DNA of 62,377 nucleotides, filler included, from Basidiobolus ranarum (Eukaryota): NCBI GenBank assembly GCA_040143965.1. It is 4 parts of 4 records of this genome, joined end to end, with 100 filler letters (N's around TTAATTAATTAA, not from the genome) between each part and the next. Parts side by side here need not be neighbours in the genome. Positions count along the whole stretch, not along the records: positions 15,686 to 31,224 come from JASJQH010007250.1; positions 31,325 to 46,820 come from JASJQH010007251.1; 2 more parts are not named here. One strand, 5' to 3'. Shown piece by piece: positions 25,543 to 39,229 of this stretch (position 1 is its first letter; each line of letters starts with the position of its first letter). The notes under the pieces were generated by a model. It saw only the letters and a program-made list of their open reading frames with translations, ran no database searches and was not told where the DNA came from. The position numbers and the translations under genes were made by a program.

Positions 25543-26856
25543 ATGATTAACGAACCTTCCGAATGGGCTGATCGCCAATCTCCTGAAACTTTGGTTCTAT
25601 TCGATGTTGATGGAACCTTGACTCCCGCCAGACAGGTATTTATAATGGTTGTGATAGAATTAGTCGATTTGACATTGTTCTAACGAATACAAGTCTATTA
25701 CTCCAGAGATGCTCGATGTCCTCGCTCAACTTCGTAAAAAGGTTGTCATCGGATTCGTGGGTGGTTCTGATTTCAGTAAACAACTTGAGCAACTTGGTTC
25801 CGATGGTATTCATTCGTTAAAGAATCTTTTTCAACTGATTCCAAGTAATCTTATGATAGTTTTCAATTCGATTAATTAGTGACTGAAAATTTTGATTTCG
25901 CTTTCTCCGAAAATGGATTGACCGCCTTCCGTCTCGGAAAACCACTCCCTGCTCAGGTGGGTTTTTTCCTGAAGAATCTTGTTAATGTTAGCCCTAAAGA
26001 AAGCAATTATTAATTTTTAGTTGTATATTAGAGCTTCATTCAATACGTCGGAGAAGAGAAATACACCAAGTTGATCAATTTCATCTTGAGATACATTGCT
26101 GATATGGATATCCCTAGAAAGCGGTTAGTGTTTATAGTCAAGTAATTGGACTCGACGCAAGTTTCACTCAGTTCTGATCATTTGTATATATATGCATATA
26201 GTGGTACCTTCATCGAATTCCGTAAGGGTATGATTAATGTTTCTCCCATCGGTAGAAATTGCTCGTAAGTGGATTTCTATTGAATTATGCTGCGCTCGCT
26301 TGAAATGTGTTTAAATAGGCTAATTTCCTCTTGATTAGCCACGAAGAACGTAATGAATTCGAAACTTACGATTTGGTAAATAAGTCCGTTCATACTCTTT
26401 CACACCCAACTATATTCTAAAACTTCATTTAAGGCTAACGGTCTCAGAGCCAAATTTGTTGAAGAGCTCAAGAAGAATTTCGTTGATTATGGATTAACTT
26501 ACTCCATTGGTAACCCTATTTACACCTCAGATTATATTGTGAGGGCACATACTTAACTAGAACTATTTAGGCGGTCAAATTTCTTTTGATGTCTTTCCTA
26601 CTGGATGGGATAAGACTTACTGCTTGAATCACATCAGTAACGAGGGATTCAAAACTATCCACTTCTTTGGTGATAAAACCTTCCCTGTAAGTGAATAACT
26701 CCCATTGTAGTAACATCAACCAATCCATCCTAACTAACACATACTATCCATTAGGGTGGCAATGATTATGAAATCTATACTCATCCTGCTGTTACCGGAC
26801 ACAGCGTGAAGAACCCTGATGAAACCATCAAGATCCTCAAGGAATTGTTCTTCTAG
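25543..26856 (+). CDS. SEC53: Phosphomannomutase, 9 exons
   Basis: [82 protein letters not shown]. Confidence 0.96.
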
Positions 26857-29781
26857 AGTCCATCATCGAAAGCTGATATTGTTTAATTTGATTTTTCTCA
26901 ATAAAGACACTTAAAGTGACTGATATTTATGTCAAAAAACAAGTACCATTCTCATCTATCTCAGTATCAGGATGCATCGATGGGGGTTCGAAACTCAACC
27001 ATGGTAGAGAAGAGTGCGAATAGCAAATACGAACTAAGCATGCTAAATATTTGAAGCATTGAGTGGCTGTGAAAAGGTGTAACCAGGGTGCTTATGTATT
27101 AGTGAAGGCTATGTTGTATAAGAATACCACTCTAGTTGTTCGAATTAAACAGATGCCAGTATTACGACTACGTCCAAACTACAAAATAAACTTTGGGAGA
27201 CTGCTCTTCGGTAGTCTCACCATTATGTTTACAAATTAACTGTCAAATGTAAATCATAAGGCTCATGGGATTCTTCTCAGTTCTTTAAAATTAGCAGCCA
27301 CTTAATCTTAGACCGCAGAGGAGGGTGAACACACTCGTTGGTGCTTGCTTTAGCAAACATAATAGCTATGGCCAAAAAAGGGACGACTCGCACAGTTGCT
27401 CGCATTAATCGCTTATACTATCCATGCTGTAGTAATTCAGCGTGTAGGAAAATCTTTGTACTTAACCTTGAACTTTAGTTCGCATCCATAACTTGAGAGG
27501 ATTGTATGCCAAAGAAATTAGTATCAATATTTTTTGCCAGCGTAGTTGTAACTCTTTGAAGGAGTCTGTCAGAGTGGACCCTCCTACGTTGTCTATAATG
27601 AAGAGCACATGATAGCCGGATTGCTCAAAGAAAAACCAGTCATGTCTTCTAATAAAGAAATGTTCCACTCCTTGTTTACGATGGATTATTATGAGGTAAG
27701 TCAACAATCAGTAACAACCAGTGATACTGAATACCGACTTGTTTTCTAGCCAATGAGCCTGGAGAGAGAGCAATTTGCATTTGTTCCGTTTTGGTGATGG
27801 CAATTCATTCATACCTAAAGAAATACCAAAAAAGTACACCAAGCTAGGAAGATGTTCTGGATTTAGTAACTGAATGATTGTTGACTGTCGGATACCGGTT
27901 GAGTAAATGAGATATCAGAGCTGATGTGGGATCCTAAAGCTACGATCTCATCATGCTTTCCACCGTAGAGCCATCTTCGAGTAGCAGTTTTCTCCCAGGC
28001 ACGAATCAATAACTCGTCTCTATTGATATTGATATCACCACCAATCACATCCGCTGATACTATTATCATTGTTTACAAGGTCACATAGTTGCCTAATTCC
28101 CCTTAGCATAAATTACCAAAAGTCAATCAAGCCTGTAGTGTACGACCCTCAACGGGTTTGCGAAATGAACACCAACGCTGAGCTAATAATTCAATATATC
28201 CCGGTGGCAACATCAGTTCCAGCCTGGCCGTATGGAGTATTGAAGAGATCCATTGTTTTCACAACACCAGAAGCTGGCCCTATATCGGTAATCAATAAAC
28301 TCGTAGTTTCTCAGGCAGCTCGCTTGCCATAGTGTAGCAAAAGATCAGCATTGAAATGAAAGGCTACAGCAATATACGCTCACCACGTGAACGATATAGG
28401 CACATTTACTTCGTTATTTGAGTAACACAGCAATTTCCGAAGAGCAACATCCATCCGATAATGGTAATATAGTGTTTGGTTCACTTTTCATAAGTTTCTC
28501 GACTAGTTGCGGCGCTGCAATCAGAACTATTGGAGAGCATAAGGGTTCAGACAACATCCTGTATCGAGAGGCAAATGGCACAATTGTTGACCTGCATTGA
28601 TGAAGTATTTGGAAACCCATTGTTGTAATGAAGCCCCATTGGGCTACCTCGATAAATAAAGAGTGTTTTCTAGTATGTACGTTATATTGCATTCACTGGT
28701 TTTAAATTCGATAAAGCACCATATCATTGCTGGCGTGGCACCAAATTATTGTTGTGTTCATGATGGTCGCATGGTTTTGATCAAGTTAACATTCAGGCGT
28801 TCCAATTCCATGCAACTAATACTTTGTAGTCTAAAGCTTTGTTTATTCTTTATCGCATTAGCTTCTTTCATAGGCAACGTCGAACATCAGGCATTGTGTT
28901 CCGAAGCTACACTTGGTATTATTTGTCGAGATTGGGGTGTCACCGATAATCCCGATTCGTACACAGACATCCCCCTTGATCTGTGGTAGGGTGAGAGGTA
29001 ATGGGGTGAGCAGCACACTGGAGGTTAAAAATGTATTAATTTGCTAAATTTGTGCGACAATGACAACAAATGAATGTAACTCTGTAGAGATTGGCTGCTG
29101 TCTCGAACATTGCCGAAATGTGCTTCAGCAAGCCTTAGAGCAATTGCAAAGATTCCTATTAATGTTGGCGATCATTTTCGTACATGTTATCTGGAATATC
29201 TGAAGCCACAGCGCATGGATCAGTACGGCATGTCGTTTGGAGCTCTCTAGCGTTTACTCGCCATCTTCCTAACGGTGGCCATTACACGGCCATTGATGAG
29301 TGTATCCGCCTTAAATTCCAATCTTCCGCTCTTCGATGCAAGCATCAGCCCATATTTCCTTGGATCTTTGTTATTAACAGTTGAGATCGGAGATTAAATT
29401 CAATTTTGCCATTATCATATTAAATTCATATTAGCAGTAAGAGGACATATTGCTTCAGTTCTGATTTGAGGATATTTGGTGCTCAAGTGACAGGTAGCAC
29501 ATACTTGAATAACTGGAAATGGAAAAAATAGGTGAGATATTGGTCACACCCCTTACTCTCCGGTATAGAGGGAAATACTCACACCCTCCCCTCTTTTCTT
29601 CAAAACCCTTGTGTTATCCCACAATCGTTGTCTCGCATTCTTTATCTTCTCACTGCTCGTCATCAAATTCTTTGCCTTCTGTTCCTTCATTCCATATACC
29701 TACAAGTTCATTTACCACTTTATTCTCGACTAATATATTCTACTCTATCTCCCTGTCAGAATATTCTATCCCCTCTAAAAC

Positions 29782-30750
29782 ATGTCCAAAACTCAATTCC
29801 ATAGAGAATACAAGCTTGTTGTCGTAGGTGGTGGTGGTATGTATTTGCTCTTTCCGTTAAGTCGTCTCTATTGCTTCTTAAATTTATTTGAGAGTATCTG
29901 GTGACCTATTCTTCTATGTTACATTATATCTTGCTCGAGCGAGTAGAGTCTGGTCTTTCTTTTCTAATAATAACCTCGTTTCATTTTATTTAAGGTGTCG
30001 GTAAATCTGCACTTACTATTCAATTCATTCAGTCCCACTTCGTTGATGAATATGACCCTACTATTGAAGGCAAGTTTCATTCTTTTCCATTATACTGGTT
30101 TCTGTTCTAAATAACCAAGCTAACTCATCACTTTATTATCTAGACTCTTACCGCAAGCAATGTGTGATCGATGATGAAACCGCTATGCTTGATGTTTTAG
30201 ATACTGCTGGACAAGAAGAGTACAAGTAAGTAGCAAGCAGTCATTGTGTTTTTGGGGCATTGAACTGATGACATACTCCAAGCGCCATGCGGGAGCAATA
30301 TATGCGTACTGGCGAAGGTTTTCTCCTAATCTATAGTATCACTTCCCGTAATTCTTTCGAGGAAATAAGCACCTTCCATCAGCAAATCCTTCGTGTCAAA
30401 GATAGAGACTATTTCCCCATTATCGTAGTAGCCAACAAAAGTGATCTTGAAAACGAGCGCCAGGTTTCCACTCAAGGTAGTTTCTTACAATGCTTCAAAA
30501 CCAATAGAGTCCTCCACTAAACACTATCATTACAGAGGGTAGAGATCTTGCCAAACAGTTTGGATGCCGATTCATCGAAACCTCTGCCAAACAAAGAATC
30601 AATGTTGATGAAGCCTTTTACAACATAGTCCGAGAGATAAGAAGATTCAACAAAGAGTCACAAGGTCCAAGTGGGGGTAATTCTTCTATTCCACCCTCTG
30701 GTCAAAACCAGGAGGAGGCAGGCGGGGAATGTTGTTGTATTGTTATGTAA
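29782..30750 (+). CDS. RAS1: Ras GTPase, 5 exons, with a C-terminal CaaX motif (CCCIVM)
   Basis: [49 protein letters not shown]. Introns 29837-29994, 30070-30143 (GC-AG), 30226-30282 and about 30477-30535. Confidence 0.96.
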
Positions 30751-31224
30751 AAGATATACCTTTATTACTATCTACGCATCAGACTTGTACCAAATCTTCT
30801 ATAACCTGATCCACGATTTTGTGGGTTCATCTATTCTTTAATATTGGCTCTCTATTAACACTATTTTTTCCGACTATTTTCTTTTGACCTTTGGCCACGT
30901 TCTCACCAGACCCTAAATTTTTCAGTTTTTTTTGTTGTCATTGTAAGAAGCCGGAGAGTCGATGGGGATATAGCTATATTCCCTTTAACTTCACTTGCTT
31001 CTGCATACCTTTAGCCAGATTTTAATAATTTCGAATTTTTGAAAGAACCTGCACCGTCCGTCATATCTCTTTCCGTATGTTGGAGATTTTTGGAATGTAT
31101 TGCAGTCTTTATTACATTAGTGAGGGGGGGGGGGGGTTTGCTTGGTTAGTCCATGGGAGGTATATTTTATGCGGGTTTTTTTGCCGCACTCACTTGGTTA
31201 CAACCATCAGGTTGCATAATCCTT

Positions 31225-31324
31225 NNNNNNNNNNNNNNNNNNNNNNNNNNNNNNNNNNNNNNNNNNNNTTAATTAATTAANNNNNNNNNNNNNNNNNNNN
31301 NNNNNNNNNNNNNNNNNNNNNNNN
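31225..31324. other. Assembly gap with TTAATTAATTAA linker
   Basis: N runs plus linker. Confidence 0.98.
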
Positions 31325-32185
31325 AATTATACACTGGTACGATAAGATGGGATTTGTGTTAAACTCAATGCTCTTGTTGATTCTTGATGGTGAGTCGATT
31401 CAAATCTATGTAAGGTTTAGGCTGGATACCAAGATTAGACATAATAGAAACGAATTCCGGATACCAAGGTGATAGGGAGGTCCACTAATAAAAACATAGG
31501 TATGGCGACGCTATTTACTACTCCAAATATGTAATATTTACATGCAGCCACAATCTCCCGTTCACCATGTGTTTTTACTTGAATTCTAAACAAAGTAGAG
31601 GATGATTGACTATTATAGCTTCACCCTTCCTAGCCATCCTTAGAAACGTTAACTTGGTTTTCGAGTATCTCTGCACCCGTTTATATGACGAACAGTTAAT
31701 GATACTACAATTTGATAAGAGCTGAGGGGGTAGGGAATCTAAAGCAAATCTATCGGCCATTTTAGATAGCCTCCACTCTTTCATGTTGACAAACAGTTAT
31801 GAAAATCATTCCCACACTATCCCTGAATAAGTAGCATGCTCCTCGGAGCTTTAGTGACATAATTGCAGTACATACATCTTACATTATAGCAGAAGGAAGC
31901 CCAGATAGCCAAACCAATTAATAGCATTGACAAAGCGCGGTCCCAAACAAATGAGTGTATATGCAACAAAAAGAATCAATTCGCTGACGTGATTTAATTA
32001 CTGTCAGATACAAAGTCAACCAGCAAATAAAGCCAAAAATAGATGATGGGATCCAAAATAGCGCTTGGAATGGACAAACCCTATTCATGTCTTTATTATT
32101 AAATTGTTGTACACCGCAAAACTTACTAATGGATGTTGGTTCCCCTTTATGATCGGTAAGAAATGAACCATTCCAGGGACAATTC

Positions 32186-33853
32186 TCACGTTTGACCTTG
32201 TCCCATCATAATTTGTGCTTTCTATACATGCGTAAGATAAATATATCTCGTTAATATAGTGGACAATAAGACATGTACAGAACAAATGAAAAAACTTACG
32301 AGCTGTAGGATATGTTGGCGCTGATCAGGTGGCAGTGAATCAATCTGTTGCGGAGTCAGACTAAGAATCTGCATCAGAAGAGCCTATATATACATATAAA
32401 GATCTATTAGAAATGGTACATAAAGCCAGAAATAATCCAATGAATGTTCATACGCGTTGTTGCTCCTCGAGAGAGTCACCTACAGAATCCAAAGTATTAA
32501 TATGTTGACAAATCAAGGATTTGAGTAAAATAGATTCATACTCATGCCCGGAGGTGCACCAGGCCCAGCACCTCCAACACTGCTAACCGGAACACTCGGC
32601 GCTTGTGGCGCTCTAGATTGTGCCGCCACAGGTGGTGCCTGGGGCCCTTTAGGGGTGGGGTCGATTTGTCCCGAAAAGCCAGTAGCAGATGGCGCAGATA
32701 CATTGCTGGTCTTTGCTTGATTTGGAGGTTGATTTACGAGCCGCTATGAACATAATATTAGTTAGAAACCTCTACAGCATGATATAACTTGTAGATCTCA
32801 TAAGTACTTGTAAGACATTAGGGTCTACTAGGTTCATAGTAAGCATAGCTTGAAAGAGGCCGTATGCTAACTGAGGATTTCGCGACATTACAGACCTAGC
32901 TTGTTCAGGACTTTGCTGGGCGAATAGCTACATGAATTTAATACGTGAGTAAGTCAACAGTCAGATGCTGACTAAACAAAAAGAGTATCCTACTTTCATT
33001 TGAATCATTAGTTCTGTTAGCTGGTTATTGTTCATAGAGGAGATAGTACTGGAAATGGATTCTACAGACGGAGGTCCAGAAGAGTTTCCAGATGCTTGTC
33101 CAAAACCTCGGGGCTATTGGACAAAAAATACGAAATACTATTAAAGAGCTAATCAATCACATAGTTGCAATTCAAATTTGCTCACATCGCCTCCACCAGA
33201 TAAACTATCACTCTCACTAATTTGATATCCATCTATGCTGTTCGCGGGATCGCTTTCAGCATAATCTACGCGAAGTTGACGGCCGCCGACATCATAGTTG
33301 TTAAGTATAAAAAGAAAAAAAATATTTGGTAGGAAATAGAATATTCCTCCTTTGCGCCGTAACAATTCATTTCAACCGTTCATGCCCAGAGTGGTTGCTG
33401 GAGTTCTCGGTCAAGCAAATCCACAAGATTGAAAATTGTCACGAAAAAGGACATAGTTCAGAGTTTAAGAAATATAGTAAAAATAAAAACAATTCAATCC
33501 GGATTTGTGAAGACCTATGATTTCTAACAGCACTACTAGCAGTTTCAGCATCTAAAAATTCGCAAAATCCGTAGCCCCTAGGCTTACCAGACTCTCGATC
33601 GAAGACTAAGCTACAGACCCGAAAGTATGAATCTCCAAGCTTTCCAAAAGAAATAGAAGAATCTAATAACATACCGAAAGGAAACCACCGGCCCAACTTC
33701 CTTAAAAATATCAATCAACTGTTCTTCGGTAAGATCGTAAGGAATGTTACCAACTAAATAGATTTTAAAATGTAAGGAAATCCAACCCAAAATAAAACAA
33801 TATTTGTAGTTTAACGAACCGAATACTACACGAGAATTTCTTATTTGACTCAT
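32186..33853 (-). CDS. RNA15: Cleavage stimulation factor 64 kDa subunit / Rna15 (RRM + hinge + C-terminal domain)
   Basis: [69 protein letters not shown]; hinge [21 protein letters not shown]-terminal [24 protein letters not shown]. Confidence 0.95.
33305..33518 (-). other. AT-AC intron with U2-type signals in the RNA15 RRM, 214 nt
   Basis: Removing ATAGGT...TTTTTATAC restores AGA AAT C|TT AAC AAC TAT (RNLNNY) exactly. I found no GT-AG solution that preserves the RRM. Confidence 0.8.
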
Positions 33854-34106
33854 GATTGCACTTTAGTTCCACACTAACTAACAACCAGTGGTTTTGCCAA
33901 AGAGCTTACTGTAGACTTGCAATCTAACTATTTACATTATGATAAAATTAGCATGAAATCATAGATGAGCAAATTTGACCTTATTGATTGTTGGTTGAGA
34001 AAATGTGCTCGATTTTTTCAAATCATTCGTGTAGCAACAATGATAAATTCCAGACGATATATGTTTAGAGAATCTCTGAAGGGTTACCCAACTTTATATT
34101 CGTACT

Positions 34107-35779
34107 ATGTCAGGGCAACTATATAAACTTCATCACAAACATATACGGCAACTGTCGGGGGGATTATCGCGTAGTATTCAGGTTCACTTATCGAGCGCAA
34201 GACAATATAATACTCCTACTTTCAACGTAGAAGACTTGCCAAAAAATCAGCTAGATAAAGTCCAATATTATTTTGAAAATGGTCATTACTTCGTATAAAG
34301 ACTCTACTTAAAATCTTACCTAATACAATATTTAATTCAAGGTTTCAGAAAGGTAAAGCCGTACGGCTTCACTTATCTTGTTCGTACCAAAGCTAAATGG
34401 TTTGACAAAACGTTACCGGAAGTTATGTGCTCCGGTTTATCAAATAAATACACAACAGAAACTGTGGTAAATTCGCTGTGTTGACACATATTATTTATGT
34501 ACTTCATATCTAATTGTTTACAAGTCGTGGGCAATGAACGTCGGAAGAATTACTGTCAATGATACTGTGGTTTCTCCGGAATACAAGCTTAAATTAGGAG
34601 ATAATATTACTTCGCACGATATACACCGACATGGTAAGTCTATTTCCACCCTAAAGCAAAAAGATACTCTTATCAAAATATATACTCTTGTCTGGATATT
34701 TATAGAGCCAGCAATACCACACCGTGAGATCAAATTTATCCACCAAGAGTCCAACTTTGTAGTTGTTGATAAGCCTCATGGAATGCCGGTATGTGCATGA
34801 AATAACCATACTGCCCTCATAATTCTAACCGCTAGTCGGCGTTTGTATAGGTTCATCCAAATGGAACATATAATTACAATACTCTGCTGAGAATTCTACA
34901 AAAAGAAAATAATCTCAGCCCTCTAATGAATCGTATGTCATTTCTCAAGCATCTGTAATTTTGAGTATTTATGGTTGACCTATTATAAAGCAATTCACCG
35001 TCTCGATGGTCTCACAGCTGGAGTTTTGATACTGGGGAAACTCTCTGGAGATAAAACTCTTCAGAAGACATTTACCGAGAATGTATCAGAAAAGGAATAT
35101 GTTTGTAGGGTTCAAGGCCGATTCCCAGAGTAAATAATCTTTTCAAATGATACGGAGTATACTTTAACATACTAAGTGAGCCCACGATTTATTAGCCAGG
35201 AAGTACTGTGCGAGGCTCCAATTGATGTCCAAAAGTTTCCTTTTAGAAGTGTCGTATCAGAGTTAGGGAAGCCAAGTGTCACCAAATTCAATAGAATCAG
35301 CTTTGATGGGATCTCGAGCGTTGTTTCGTGTATGAAATATGTTTATGCATGAAAAGCAATATTTTTGATGCATCTGAAAGCTAACATTTTTATCGAAGGT
35401 AAACTACAAACTGGTCGTATGCACCAGATTCGAGTTCATCTCGCGTTCCTGGGTTATCCGATTGCCAATGATCCGTTATATAACTTGGATTTTCGTCAAA
35501 AGAATAATAATTCAGCTTACAAAGGTTGGTTCTCTTTTAAAGCTCTGAGAAACACCACTAGCCATTTTCTAAAAGTCTTTATCGGACTGTCGTTTAGATT
35601 TAGTCAAATTACCCACCAATGCATTTCCTTCACCAGAAAACCCTTGTCAGTTGTGTCAAAGTCCACCTTCTGATCCGAATGCGGACCGAATGATTTTATG
35701 GTTGAAAGCAATTCGATATGCAGGTTCAGATTGGCAATTTGAAGCTGAATGGCCAGAGTGGGCGGTATCTCCTCAATGA
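34107..35779 (+). CDS. RluA-family pseudouridine synthase (Rib2/Pus8/Pus9-like), multi-exon, possibly mitochondrial
   Basis: [14 protein letters not shown]4-like [18 protein letters not shown], catalytic [40 protein letters not shown]. Confidence 0.88.
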
Positions 35780-37353
35780 CACTTCGAGCATTTCACATGT
35801 CTATGCCAGAGGATGTTACAATTCAAACCAAACATAGAAGAAACTAATTTTACTACAAGCCACCTTAACTTCAATATCAACTATATAATAAAGATAAATA
35901 CCTAATCCAAGGCCTATCCAAGATGATGCGTAACAACCCGTGTTCACCTGAGCTAACAGTCTAAACCCCTGAGTTCCCTTTTAGGCTAATTGCTCACTCA
36001 ACATGTGGCAGATATATCTTTGGCCAATGAAAGGAGGTCAAACTACAGCTATTTCCCAAGTCATGCATTGATAGGGATCGTAAGAACAATCAGAATCTGC
36101 ACGCCAATGTGGGGTGATGTGGGAACGAGAAGTATTGAGATAGGCGCAACCAAACTATTCACTGGCTTATCTCTAGCTAAAGATCGATACATGCAATGCC
36201 CAAAGCTAACATTAGAAGCTATAAGGAGTTGAGACTAGTTTTATCTGGTTGGCAGAATTCAAGGAAATCTCTGGGGTTATTTGCTAGCATATCTTGGACA
36301 CTAGCGCCACTCGCTCTGATTAAACAACATCTAGGTGGTCCATCTCCATTGGATGTGGGCAGGCTCTTTAATGTGCCACGTCTACAGAAGATCAGCTATT
36401 AAGCATCATAATATTAAGAAGCCAATCCTGACACTTTCAGGTGCCTCACATGGTCACTACCATCCAATCACAACATTGGTTTACTGATTACAACCAAAGA
36501 TCTATGTATAGCACGCAGTTGTATAGCATGCAGTCGTGCAGTTGTATAGTGTCAGATACAAAAACACTGTTCATTAGTGGCATCTTGAGGTGGTCATTTA
36601 AACAGCGTGAAGGGAAGTCATTCGACTGGATTGTCTGATTCTCTACCAGCCAAAGTCATATATGAGTTGGGAATTCGATGTTAGTAGGAAACAACGGTGT
36701 GGCTGTGTATGCTGTGTGCATCTTGAGATAATAACTGATGAGAAAAAGCAAGTTTTCAGACCAAATCGATTTAAGATTCATCAACACCTTCCCCAAATGG
36801 TCGATTGGTTTCATATCAGCACCATGACTAATTCTAAATCTAGGTGAGAAAAGCCACTCTATACCATCCACTTTCCCAGCTCCAGCACCTGCTGCTCGTT
36901 ATCAGCAATCAATTCTAAATGGACCCATCGAAGCGAATGCTATCAATTAAAAACTGGTTGTTACTAGCGAATTACTGCTACTATTTATGAGTCTTTCCCT
37001 GACTCTTTCCTACATTACTATTCTTCGTTGTGGGGGAGGAATAGCGACCAAAGTGGCTTGATATCATAAAATCTCCCAATCAGTGGTCATTAATTGGTCG
37101 GGACGCGGACAGCTGTGGCGCAGGTTTGTAGATAGGGAAGGCTCCACTGATTTCCAAATATAATGATCCTAGTTTGATTTAGTGGCAGTATACAAACGCT
37201 ATCCAGATTACGAAATGTCCATCAGTGTTGTACTACATTAGTTTACCTTGGGATTCCCATCAAGCCATTTATAAACAAGTGGCGGCGTTTTATGCTGACC
37301 ATCTGATTCATACACTCTTTGAACCTCGGGAAACAACAAAATATCCTCCAACC

Positions 37354-38528
37354 ATGTCAACCGTTGCCGTTAACCCAAGTATCTCCTCTATAGCTGCTGA
37401 AAAGCTACCTATAAAAAAGAAATCTTTCTCTTGGGTGAATATCGCCCTGGGTGCCTTTATTCAGACAGCCGAAGTATCCACCCTAGGCCAACCTTTTGAA
37501 GTTATCAAGACTCATATGGCTGGTGAGTACTGAATACCATCTATCTATTTATTTTCTTTACTAAGACGTGAATGAATTCCTTTAGCTCATCGTGGTGATT
37601 CTTTGTGGACCTCTATCATGAGAACATACCAACGAGGTGGAATACGTGGCTTTTATCAAGGATTGATTCCTGTAAGTTCAACATAATCTGTGTTCATTCT
37701 ACACAACCTAACTTTTTGTTTATCTAGTGGGCATGGATCGAAGCTTCTACCAAAGGTGGTGTTTTACTCTTTGCGTCCTCTGAAATCGATTACTATGCAA
37801 GAATCGCCGGTGCCTCCCCCGTAGTCTCTGGGGCTATAGGCGGTATGGCAGGTGGCATTGCCCAAGCCTATACTACAATGGGCTTTTGCACATTCATGAA
37901 GACAGTTGAAGTTACACGCCACAAGAGCCCAGATACCAATGCATCGAGTATCAAAATTGCCAGAGATATCTTTCAAAAAGAAGGAATTGTAGGCCTGAAC
38001 AAAGGTGTCTCAGCCGTTGCTCTTCGTCAGATGACCAATTGGGGATCAAGATTTGGTATCTCAAGAGTCACTGAATCACTGATTCGTGGTGAAGATAAAA
38101 CTAGGAAATTAGAGAACTCGGAACGAATCTTTTGTAAGTTTACCATTCACTGAATCCTATTCGATTTGATTTTGATATTGATCTTATTTTGGTATAGCAT
38201 CTGTTATTGGTGGAGCTTTATCTTGCTGGAATCAGCCAATTGAGGTTATTCGTGTAGAAATGCAGAGTCAAGCTAAAGCTGTAGATCGTCCAGAGAAACT
38301 GAATATCTTTAATACCGGAAAATATATTTATGAACGTAACGGATTTAAAGGATTTTATCGTGGAGTTACTCCGCGTATCTGCCTTAGCGTTTACTTAACG
38401 GTAAGTACAGTATTATGCATACCATTATTGTCAGTGAACTAACCCCTTTTTCTCATTAGACCTGCATGGTCTTTGGTGGCGATACATTGAAAGAATATGT
38501 TGCTGAGCGTCAAAAGAAAGCCCTATAA
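37354..38528 (+). CDS. YHM2: Mitochondrial citrate/oxoglutarate carrier
   Basis: TLGQPFEVIKTHMA, GLIPWAWIEASTKG, QAYTTMGFCTFMKTVEVTRHK, RQMTNWGSRFG, WNQPIEVIRVEMQS. Confidence 0.93.
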
Positions 38529-39229
38529 TACTGCTTCGCACCCATCATTTCCATATAACTCGTATTCTCCGCTTGTATATGCTTCCTATATAATCACTGT
38601 TTTCCATTATTTTTCATTCTACCTCTATTTGCATTTCACCTGATATCGTATCCAATAACATCTAATGAACGTTGATTCATTTGTAAACTGAGAAATCGGT
38701 GTATAAACAATCACAAGCTTTCTTTAACACATAATAAATTACTGACAATGTGACATTCATACATATTGGATCTAATCCATGATACAGTACAGAATCATCT
38801 GGCTCGCGAAGGGAATGGTAGTAGACGAAGAAAGCCACACGCGATCTGCTCCTCATCATCTAATCATCTCCACGAACACCCTATTCTAAGCACTGTTTAC
38901 AGATTTCTCAGTGTATTCAATGGCTTGATGGTAACACGAACCAAGAAAACCAAATCAAACGTTAGACCAGATAATATAATTTGACAAGAATCATACAAAC
39001 ATTTCCATAGGCTAGTACTGTTACTATATATAATCTAAGTATTTATTATCATATATTATTAACTTGTACGAGTTTAGAGATTAAAGGGATAAGGGACCAG
39101 GGGACAAGATTCCTACGAGATGGAGAGTAACGGACCAACGTCAGGGGAGTCAAATGTTGACTAGATGTGGGTATTTACAGTGTTTAAGGATTGGAACTGT
39201 TAAGATTACACGATAAATCACGCAAATAT

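Noticed and set aside
27450-29450. Many short ORFs on both strands
   Set aside because: No recognisable motifs or consistent spliced frame. It may be decayed coding DNA but I cannot support a call.
33305-33518. The RNA15 insert read as a MITE or transposon insertion
   Set aside because: It has no terminal inverted repeats or target-site duplication. The precise AT..AC ends, donor-like +3 to +6 bases and polypyrimidine tract fit an intron better.
35990-36870. Possible F-box/LRR remnant (QCPKLTLEAI..L.LSGW.N)
   Set aside because: Only one weak LRR-like stretch, which is insufficient evidence.
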